This document shows positions 23,938-30,835 of a DNA stretch of 40,349 nt, piece by piece. The stretch is from a virus. Within the stretch, counting starts at the first letter, position 1. Each line of letters begins with the position of its first letter. The translations under genes were made by a program, and so were the position numbers. The DNA lies in the IMG/VR virus record IMGVR_UViG_3300037882_000094, positions 1 through 40,349 of that record, one strand, 5' to 3'. The notes below the pieces were generated by a model. That model had not been told where the DNA came from and did no database searches. It saw nothing but the letters and a program-made list of their open reading frames with translations.

Positions 23938-24729
23938 ATGCGTACACTAATCAGATCTGTTGGTAAACAAGACATAGGTGGAGAACCTATTCCTACAGTG
24001 TTTACAACACTTGCTACCAACAACATCGTATTTAGAAGAGCTGAAGTATCTCTAGTAGCAGGAACACCTGGTGCTGGTAAAAGTACACTGGCGTTAGCTC
24101 TTGCATTAAGAGCAAATGTGCCAACACTTTATGTCTCTGCTGATACAAACCTACATACAATGGCTATGCGATTGTATTCAATGGTTACTGGTGTTACTCA
24201 GACTGATTCAGAACGTACTATGGAACAAGAACCAGAAGCTTTCAAACAAAAATTAGATTGCTCAAAGCATATCTATTGGTTGTTTGAGTCAGCTCCAAAC
24301 TTAGATGATCTCTACCAGAATGTTCTTGCATTCGAAGAACTATGGGGAGAATCACCATCAATGATTGTCGTAGATAATCTTATGGATGTTGCTATGGATG
24401 GAGCAGAAGAGTGGTCTGGTATGCGTTCTGCTATGAAAGAACTAAAATTTTTAGCAAGGGAAACCAATGCTGCAGTTATAGTTCTTCATCATACAAAAGA
24501 AACATATGAGGGAACTCCTTGCCAACCAAGAGCAGCGATTCAAGGAATGGTAAATCAATTGCCAGCTTTGATTTTAACTATTGGACAAGATCCTAATGGT
24601 GGTTATCTCGGAATAGCCAGTGTTAAGAATCGTTATGGCAAAGCTGATCCAACTGGTAAAGCAGTTCATATGCTTGAGTTTCAACCTGAGCGTATGTTCA
24701 TATCAGATCCAGAAAGAGCAATCATATGA
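23938..24729 (+). CDS. RecA-fold ATPase, DnaB/RepA-like replicative helicase
   Basis: Walker A GTPGAGKST, Walker B MIVVDNLMD, and a VIVLHHTKE motif. Confidence 0.75.
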   Translation: MRTLIRSVGKQDIGGEPIPTVFTTLATNNIVFRRAEVSLVAGTPGAGKSTLALALALRANVPTLYVSADTNLHTMAMRLYSMVTGVTQTDSERTMEQEPEAFKQKLDCSKHIYWLFESAPNLDDLYQNVLAFEELWGESPSMIVVDNLMDVAMDGAEEWSGMRSAMKELKFLARETNAAVIVLHHTKETYEGTPCQPRAAIQGMVNQLPALILTIGQDPNGGYLGIASVKNRYGKADPTGKAVHMLEFQPERMFISDPERAII

Positions 24730-24812
24730 TGACTTGGTTACTGTTCTTTGGATTTATCCTTATTGCTAGTGCAATATGGTTAAACCAAAAAGAATACATT
24801 GACAAGGAATAA
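24726..24812 (+). CDS. Possible 28-aa membrane peptide
   Basis: Hand translation checked: MMTWLLFFGFILIASAIWLNQKEYIDKE. The ATG overlaps the helicase stop (ATGA). Confidence 0.3.
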   Translation: MMTWLLFFGFILIASAIWLNQKEYIDKE

Positions 24813-24893
24813 AGATCAAGATGGCAGATGTTATATCTGTTCATCTATCTGGTACTGCACGTGCAACAACGAAGCTAATATAGGAGAAAAACA

Positions 24894-25226
24894 ATGCCAT
24901 ACCCAACGATAGTTGCAGAAGGAAATCTAGTAGACGATATTGAATTAAAGTTTTATAACGAAAAGGCTTGTGCTAATTTTCGTATAGCTTGCAATTCAAG
25001 AAAGAAAACAGAAACAGGTGAATGGGTTAACACAGATCCAATTTATCTGAGTGGAAGTATTTGGGGCAAAGCTGCAGAAAACACAGCTAATACTTTCAGC
25101 AAAGGAGATCCAATTATTATTACTGGAGAACTGAAGCAACGTAGTTACACCAATAAAGAAGGTGTCAACAAAACTGTTGATGAGATCAACGCTAACACAA
25201 TTGCTGCACCAGTAAAGAAGTTTTAA
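24894..25226 (+). CDS. ssb: Single-stranded DNA-binding protein (short, OB fold)
   Basis: GNLVDDIELKF...FRIACNSRKK...EWVNTDPIYLSGSIWGKAAEN...KGDPIIITGELKQRSY...G. It ends ...PVKKF, with no acidic tail. Confidence 0.75.
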   Translation: MPYPTIVAEGNLVDDIELKFYNEKACANFRIACNSRKKTETGEWVNTDPIYLSGSIWGKAAENTANTFSKGDPIIITGELKQRSYTNKEGVNKTVDEINANTIAAPVKKF

Positions 25227-25562
25227 ATGGTTAACCCAAGTAAAAATAAAGGCACAGCAGCAGAGACTGCTGTTGTTAACTATCTTAAAAACACTTGGGA
25301 GACTGTTGAAAGAAGAGCACTGGCTGGAAGTCTAGACAAAGGGGATGTCTCTGGCATCCCTGATGTCTGCATAGAAGTTAAAGATTGCAAGAAAACAGAA
25401 CTACCTAAATGGACTAGAGAGTTAGAACAAGAAATGAAAAACTCTCAAGCATTAACTGGTGCAATCATACATAAAAAACGTGGCACACTTGATGTTGGAC
25501 AATGGTATGCTACTATGCCAGTAGAAGTTTATATTAATTTATTAATAGAAGCAGGTTACTAG
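25227..25562 (+). CDS. Holliday-junction resolvase-like PD-(D/E)XK nuclease (Hjc-like, actinophage type)
   Basis: KGTAAETAVVNYL..., GDVSGIPDVCIEVKDCKK (D...E-x-K), and HKKRG...W. Confidence 0.7.
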   Translation: MVNPSKNKGTAAETAVVNYLKNTWETVERRALAGSLDKGDVSGIPDVCIEVKDCKKTELPKWTRELEQEMKNSQALTGAIIHKKRGTLDVGQWYATMPVEVYINLLIEAGY

Positions 25563-25571
25563 GAGGAAGTA

Positions 25572-25934
25572 ATGGATAAGCCACCAATAACTGAGGTGCT
25601 TAAACATTACGGAGCAAAGAACGTTAGAGAAGATGTAAGAGGATGGCGCAAGATTTGTTGCCCCTTTCACAACGACTCAATAGCTTCTGCTACTTACTCA
25701 ACAGAAGCAGATGCGTTTAATTGTTTCGGTTGTGGAATTAAAGGCGACAGTTATAAGATTATTATGGAGAGAGAAGGGATAGGCTTTCGTGAAGCTTACT
25801 TATTCGCAGAAGAAACATTTGCAGGAAGCAGTAGAGAAGTACAACCAAAATCTATCTCTGGCAGAAGATTACCTGTTGCAAAGAGGCTTGACTCTAAAAG
25901 ACGCAAACCGTTATTTGCTAGGGGTAGTGACTGA
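25572..25934 (+). CDS. DnaG-type primase, CHC2 zinc-finger part (frame 0)
   Basis: CCPFHNDSIASATYSTEADAFNCFGCGIKGDSYKII...GIGFREA. The tail after about 25815 looks like out-of-frame filler. Confidence 0.75.
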   Translation: MDKPPITEVLKHYGAKNVREDVRGWRKICCPFHNDSIASATYSTEADAFNCFGCGIKGDSYKIIMEREGIGFREAYLFAEETFAGSSREVQPKSISGRRLPVAKRLDSKRRKPLFARGSD

Positions 25935-26406
25935 TCCACTACCAGGACACGAACTTTATAAAGACAGATTAGTTATTCCCTACATCACTAGAACTGGCAT
26001 AGTTGATATCAGATTTAGATCAATGGATAACACTGAGCCTAAGTATCTGGGATTGCCAGGAGCTAGCACACATCTATTCAATGTGTCAGCTTTGTTCAGA
26101 GCTAATGATTGGATTGCTGTTTGTGAAGGTGAGATTGATACCATCACACTTGATGCCAAGGTAGGCTTTCCTACTATCGGAGTTCCAGGAGCAAACAACT
26201 GGAAGAAGCATTACTACAAGTTGCTAGCAGACTTTGAAAGAATCATTATCTTTGCAGATGGTGATCAAGCAGGGCAAGACTTTGCCAGACAGTTGGCAAA
26301 AGAACTAGGTACTGTTACAATTATCTCAATGCCAGAAGGCGAAGATGTTAACAGCATCTATGTTGCGAAGGGTGCTGATTATTTTAAATCAAAGGTGGCA
26401 TCTTGA
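25789..26406 (+). CDS. DnaG-type primase, RNA-polymerase/TOPRIM part (frame +1; overlaps the previous ORF by 146 nt)
   Basis: LAEDYLLQRGLTLKDANRYLLGVV, VCEGEIDTITL (TOPRIM Glu) and IIFADGDQAGQ (DxD). The track start is GTG 25789, and the frame is open from 25783. Confidence 0.75.
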   Translation: MKLTYSQKKHLQEAVEKYNQNLSLAEDYLLQRGLTLKDANRYLLGVVTDPLPGHELYKDRLVIPYITRTGIVDIRFRSMDNTEPKYLGLPGASTHLFNVSALFRANDWIAVCEGEIDTITLDAKVGFPTIGVPGANNWKKHYYKLLADFERIIIFADGDQAGQDFARQLAKELGTVTIISMPEGEDVNSIYVAKGADYFKSKVAS

Positions 26407-26756
26407 AAGATGAAAGAAGAATTTATATTTGTGATGAATGTGGTATAGAGTTTGATAACATATTTGATTACCTTGAAGAACACGAAACAGACTTCAAAGT
26501 ATTACTTCCTCTAGGAACTATAGCTTTAGACTTAATGGATATGTTAAAAGATTTATATGGTTTGATTAGAGACAAAGACTATGACACAGCAAAGATATTA
26601 TTAGCAGGTGTTGGTGCTGCATTTTATGCCCACGCCAATGGTGACTTGGAAGAGATAGTTGATGAGATAATTATTGAAGAAACAGTAGAGAAAGAAACTA
26701 AGAACTTAGACATAGAACTAATTAAGTTACTAGGTAAAGGAAATAAAGATGAGTAA
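26403..26756 (+). CDS. Acidic hypothetical protein (117 aa, TTG start)
   Basis: Track ORF. The TTG overlaps the primase stop (cTTGA). It has an N-terminal CDECGIEF......L.EH element. Confidence 0.5.
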   Translation: MKDERRIYICDECGIEFDNIFDYLEEHETDFKVLLPLGTIALDLMDMLKDLYGLIRDKDYDTAKILLAGVGAAFYAHANGDLEEIVDEIIIEETVEKETKNLDIELIKLLGKGNKDE

Positions 26757-27060
26757 GTTTGATATTCCAGTAGAGCTAGAACAATTTTATAATGATGTAG
26801 TTGAAATTACTAATGCAAATGTATTGCTATTAGTTAAGAAACAAAAAGACTATGGTTCAAAGAATATATCTCAATCACCTGGTGGACCATTGAATGGATT
26901 AAGAGTGAGAATGTTTGACAAGCTTGCTCGCATTAACAATCTAGTTGAAACAGGTGCAACACCAGAGAATGAGTCATTAAGAGATTCGTTTATGGATATA
27001 GCTAATTATGCAACCATCGCCTTGATGGTTCTTGATGGCAAGTGGGAAGGCTCTGAATGA
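26749..27060 (+). CDS. DUF1599 / MazG-like all-alpha NTP-pyrophosphohydrolase superfamily protein
   Basis: KKQKDYGSKNI...L.VRMFDKLARINNL......ENESLRDSFMDIANYATIALMVL fits the DUF1599 pattern as I recall it. Confidence 0.55.
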   Translation: MSKFDIPVELEQFYNDVVEITNANVLLLVKKQKDYGSKNISQSPGGPLNGLRVRMFDKLARINNLVETGATPENESLRDSFMDIANYATIALMVLDGKWEGSE

Positions 27061-27812
27061 AAAGAGTAGTTGTCTTATCTGATATGCAAATACCATTGCA
27101 TAACAAACCAGCAATAGAAGCAACAATAAAGTTTGTGAAAGACTATCAACCAGACCAATTATTTTGTGTTGGTGATGAAGCTGATTGTTTAGCACCAGCT
27201 AGATGGTCTAAAGGATATGTTGCAGAACATTCAAACTTACAAAGAGATCTTGATGAAACTACTCGTATTATGGGTAGGTTTCGTAAAGCAATTGGGGATC
27301 GTGAATTTCATTTAATGAGATCAAATCACGGAGATCGCATACAAAGATACATTGAACGCGATGCGCCAGCCCTTGCAACATTAAGAGATTTAAAGTATGA
27401 AAAGCTTTTAGGTTATCGCGATCTTGGTATTACTTATCACAATAAATTGTGGGAGTTTGCACCTGGTTGGGTTATGGGTCACGGCGATGAAGGATCAAGT
27501 AGTAGATACAGTGGTGGCACCGCGATGGCATTAGCTAAAAAGATTGGTATGTCTGTAGTCTGTGGGCATACACATAAGCAAGGATTAATCCATACTAATA
27601 CTTCCTTTAATGGAAGATACACTTCAAGTCTTTATGGTTTTGAAGTTGGAAACATTATGGATTTAAAGCAAGCTACATATCTCAAAGGTGGCTCTGCAAA
27701 TTGGCAATCAGGTTTTGGAATACTTTATATTGATAAAGGTAAAGTAACACCAGTGCCAGTGCCAATGATTGGTAATTCATTTGTCGTGGAGGGGAAGATA
27801 TATAAATGGTAA
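27057..27812 (+). CDS. Calcineurin-like metallophosphoesterase
   Basis: VVLSDMQIPLHN, CVGDEADC, SNHGDR, GHGDE and CGHTHKQG blocks in the canonical order. Confidence 0.8.
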   Translation: MKRVVVLSDMQIPLHNKPAIEATIKFVKDYQPDQLFCVGDEADCLAPARWSKGYVAEHSNLQRDLDETTRIMGRFRKAIGDREFHLMRSNHGDRIQRYIERDAPALATLRDLKYEKLLGYRDLGITYHNKLWEFAPGWVMGHGDEGSSSRYSGGTAMALAKKIGMSVVCGHTHKQGLIHTNTSFNGRYTSSLYGFEVGNIMDLKQATYLKGGSANWQSGFGILYIDKGKVTPVPVPMIGNSFVVEGKIYKW

Positions 27813-27829
27813 AAACTGAATAGGGTAAA

Positions 27830-28480
27830 ATGAAACTAGATCACGAATTAATAGAAGAATATAATTACTTAGTCACACGAATCGCCAATGATTACAATAG
27901 AAAATATAAGATGGTTCCCAGAGATGATATCAAACAACAACTCTGGTTATGGTTTATTGAACATCCCCATAAAGTAAAACAGTGGACTGATATGGAAGAC
28001 AAAAAAGAAACAACTAAATTGTTTGCCAGATCTTTACGCAATGCTGCTCACGACTATTGTCAAAGAGAGAAAGCATACTCAGCAGGATTTAATATAGAAG
28101 ATAACTTTTATTACCAAAGAGATATGGTTGAAGTATTATTGCCAGCAGTTATTAGTGGTGATAGAACAATAGGATCTTCAGCAGATCTAAACCTAGGTGT
28201 CTCAACTGGTAAAGCACCAGCAGAGGGTGGCAACTGGATGGTGTATCTCATTGACATTGAGAAAGCATTCAACAAAATTCCAGAGCAATATCAAAATGTG
28301 CTACACCTTAGATATGCAGAGAACCTGTTAGGCAATGACCTAAGTTCAGTACTCAACTGCTCTCCAGATGCAGCACGAAAGAGAGTAGATAAAGCTTTAA
28401 GAAAGCTGATTCAAGAGCTTGGTGGCTTTAGACCATACAAAGATCACGATGCTAAAGTCCAGGAAGAATCTGCAGAATAA
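27830..28480 (+). CDS. Sigma-70-family (ECF-like) sigma factor
   Basis: Region 2-like ...DIKQQLWLWFIEHP... and region 4 HTH ...QNVLHLRYAENLLGNDLSSVLNCSPDAARKRVDKALRKLIQEL. It is the last gene of the middle operon. Confidence 0.7.
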   Translation: MKLDHELIEEYNYLVTRIANDYNRKYKMVPRDDIKQQLWLWFIEHPHKVKQWTDMEDKKETTKLFARSLRNAAHDYCQREKAYSAGFNIEDNFYYQRDMVEVLLPAVISGDRTIGSSADLNLGVSTGKAPAEGGNWMVYLIDIEKAFNKIPEQYQNVLHLRYAENLLGNDLSSVLNCSPDAARKRVDKALRKLIQELGGFRPYKDHDAKVQEESAE

Positions 28481-28489
28481 ACGCAAAAA

Positions 28490-28524
28490 GAGGCAGGTAT
28501 AGGTACTAACACCTATCCTGCCTC
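28490..28524. terminator. Strong hairpin between the convergent operons (best as an intrinsic terminator for the minus-strand cassette)
   Basis: GAGGCAGG-T-ATAGGT / ACCTATCCTGCCTC form a 14-bp stem with one bulge and a 6-nt loop. On the minus-sense RNA it is followed by CUUUUUGCGUUUAUU. Confidence 0.7.
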
Positions 28525-28543
28525 AAACTGCCTAATTTTGCCC

Positions 28544-28747
28544 TTATTTGCCCTCAGAATCGCTATTGATGGTCACTTTAAACAGTGTCCAAACAGCAAA
28601 AGCACCAAGGGAAATGATGCCTATAGTGTCTCTAGTTGGTCCTGGTTCAACCAGGATCCAGGCTATAGCTAAACCTACAAGTGTGAATGCTTCTCCTGCC
28701 CAGGCATCAAGATGTTTCCAGATGAATGAGCCAACACGCTTTAACAT
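28544..28747 (-). CDS. Small two-TM membrane protein (67 aa)
   Basis: Track ORF. Two hydrophobic helices (AFTLVGLAIAWILV and IGIISLGAFAVWTLF). The ATG abuts the stop of the upstream gene. Confidence 0.6.
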   Translation of the reverse strand: MLKRVGSFIWKHLDAWAGEAFTLVGLAIAWILVEPGPTRDTIGIISLGAFAVWTLFKVTINSDSEGK

Positions 28748-29749
28748 TTATTTATTTCTCCTTATGACCGATGCTGCTAGTTGTGGTAAGATAATTACTG
28801 CAAGAACTACCTGCTGAGCTTCTTTGCGATTCTCTTCAGATAGATCAGAACCAAGATTGGAAATGATGTCTAATGCAGCAGTTATGGTTTCAGATATTTG
28901 TTGGAGTGCTTCTTGCAAATTCTGTGATAAAAATTCTGGAAGAAATCCAAGGACAGATTCAGTTTCATCTGTGGAAAAAATCTCTTGAGGCACGTCTTCA
29001 AAAGAAGGTAACTCGTTCTCCAAAGAAGAAGGGAAATCGTTAGATGACGAATCAACAATTACTTCTAAAGTATCTTGAACATCTGGAGTTGGAAGTTCAG
29101 TCGGCTGTAAAAACTCTACAGAAGGTACAGGGTCTGGCTCGTTTGGCTCTGGACCTGGATCAACTGGAACCTCTGGAGATGTTGATGGCTGAGGAGTATC
29201 AGTCGGTAACGGAGAAGGAGAAGAAGGCTCAACAGTTGGCTCAGGAGTTGGCGAAGATGAAGACTGAGTTGGGGTTGGACTAGGTGAACTTGTTTCAGAA
29301 GGTGTTACTTCTACTGTTGGCGTGGGGCTTGGTGTCACTACTATTAAGTTAGTAGATAACAAATAAGAACCAGTAGGATATTGGTTGCAACAAGTATAAG
29401 CATAAGATGTTGCACGAATAAAATATTCACCAACAGCTAAGGGCATAGTGATGATAGATGCTAAAACATTTGTACCAGAATGAGCACCATCATCATTGTA
29501 AGCAATGCGAACAGTGTCTTGCCAAAGCTCAATCCAAGAATCAATAAAGCCAGGATTAGTTTGAGGAGTACCAGTAGTGGTTGATATAGTTGCATCAACA
29601 GGTTCACTAACAGTTACTGGTATATCCACATAAGGTGTAGTAGAATCTAGATTAATAGTCACATCATCAGAGTATGATGGATTAGCAATAAGAGTAGTAA
29701 GGATAAAGATAGCTATGACGGATAATAATTTAGACATTTGGATGACCAT
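28748..29749 (-). CDS. Secreted, C-terminally anchored surface protein: signal peptide + PPC-like beta domain + Pro/Ser/Thr linker + acidic region + TM tail
   Basis: MSKLLSVIAIFILTTLIANPSYS (signal peptide; alternative ATG at 29737). ...SWIELWQDTVRIAYNDDG...GEYFIRATSYAY resembles a pre-peptidase C-terminal domain. PSPTPTVEVTPSETSSPSPTPTQSSSSPTPEPTVEPSSPSPLPTDTPQPSTSPEVP is the linker. The C-terminus is VVLAVIILPQLAASVIRRNK. Confidence 0.6.
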   Translation of the reverse strand: MVIQMSKLLSVIAIFILTTLIANPSYSDDVTINLDSTTPYVDIPVTVSEPVDATISTTTGTPQTNPGFIDSWIELWQDTVRIAYNDDGAHSGTNVLASIITMPLAVGEYFIRATSYAYTCCNQYPTGSYLLSTNLIVVTPSPTPTVEVTPSETSSPSPTPTQSSSSPTPEPTVEPSSPSPLPTDTPQPSTSPEVPVDPGPEPNEPDPVPSVEFLQPTELPTPDVQDTLEVIVDSSSNDFPSSLENELPSFEDVPQEIFSTDETESVLGFLPEFLSQNLQEALQQISETITAALDIISNLGSDLSEENRKEAQQVVLAVIILPQLAASVIRRNK

Positions 29750-30305
29750 TCCAAGTGGAACGCGCCGTCAATACTTGCAAGATATAATTCAAGATAGTAA
29801 TATTCCCCCTGAAAAAATTGTAATAGTACACACAGTTGAATCAGAACCAATAGATGGTGTTAATAATATCTGGGATTTAGAACCAGTGAATATCCACAGA
29901 TGGTGGAACAGAGGCATAGATGTAGCCAGAACATTTGGTGCTGATTATATAGCTGTACTAAATGATGATTTAAAATTAAAGAATGATCCTATAAATAAGA
30001 TTGCTAGAAGTATGAAAGAACTAAATGCCATACTTGGCTATCCTTTACCTTACACAGGTGCGATAGCAGGGTACTGCTGGGTGCTTGATATTAAATCAAA
30101 CATTAGAGCAGATGAAAATCTTAGGTGGTGGTACGGAGATAACGACATTCAATACAAGGCAGCAATGCAAGGAGAATTTATCTATGTGCCTTGTGAGGTA
30201 GAGCACATTCATCCAAATGAATTGACAAGCAGTAATCCAGATCTAATAGAATTAACTAAAGCAGATCAAAGATACTTTGAAGAAAAGTGGGGTACATTAC
30301 TATGA
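29715..30305 (+). CDS. Small GT2-like glycosyltransferase
   Basis: YIAVLNDDLKL (DxD-type) and WWYGDNDIQYKA are blocks typical of small phage GT-A enzymes. The alternative start is ATG 29742. Confidence 0.6.
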   Translation: MTDNNLDIWMTIPSGTRRQYLQDIIQDSNIPPEKIVIVHTVESEPIDGVNNIWDLEPVNIHRWWNRGIDVARTFGADYIAVLNDDLKLKNDPINKIARSMKELNAILGYPLPYTGAIAGYCWVLDIKSNIRADENLRWWYGDNDIQYKAAMQGEFIYVPCEVEHIHPNELTSSNPDLIELTKADQRYFEEKWGTLL

Positions 30306-30835
30306 CAACAATACTTGGACTACAAGCACCAGATCACTGTCTACTTATAGCAGACTCACGGATAACTGATGATGGAGGAAGAACCTACACACATCCAACA
30401 GTTTCTAAAATTACTAAGCGTGGAAAATATCTAATAGCAGGAGCTGGAACTACACAGCCTTGCGATATTATTCAACACGTATGGAAACCACCTGCTCCTA
30501 CACCTGCATCATATAAAGATCTATATCACTTTATGATTGCAGATGTTGTGCCAAGTATGAAGATGACACTATCAGTTAATGGCTATCAACCAGATAAAGA
30601 ATCAACTGAACCAGACTTTATATTCTTAATAGCATTAGGTGGAACTATCTTTGAACTAGATGATTCACTCTCGGTATTGATGAGAGATGATGGAATCTAT
30701 GGCATAGGATCTGGCTCTCCATATGCCATAGGCGCATTACAAGCTGGAGCTAACTGGAGAAAAGCTATGCAGATTGCAGCAAAGAATAATGTCTTTACTG
30801 CTGCTCCATTTATTACACATAAACAAACTAAATAA
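30302..30835 (+). CDS. Ntn-hydrolase, HslV / proteasome beta-subunit-like
   Basis: The ATG at 30302 overlaps the glycosyltransferase stop (ATGA) and gives MTTILGLQAPDHCLLIADSR..., i.e. Thr directly after Met as in HslV (TTIV). KYLIAGAGT and GIYGIGSGSPYAIGALQAG parallel the HslV GSGG.YA block. Confidence 0.6.
   Translation: MTTILGLQAPDHCLLIADSRITDDGGRTYTHPTVSKITKRGKYLIAGAGTTQPCDIIQHVWKPPAPTPASYKDLYHFMIADVVPSMKMTLSVNGYQPDKESTEPDFIFLIALGGTIFELDDSLSVLMRDDGIYGIGSGSPYAIGALQAGANWRKAMQIAAKNNVFTAAPFITHKQTK

Noticed and set aside
28548-29283. Plus-strand ORFs 28548-28817 and 29044-29283
   Set aside because: They are antisense to the two-TM gene and to the PT-rich linker of the surface protein. The low-complexity coding strand explains the open antisense frame.
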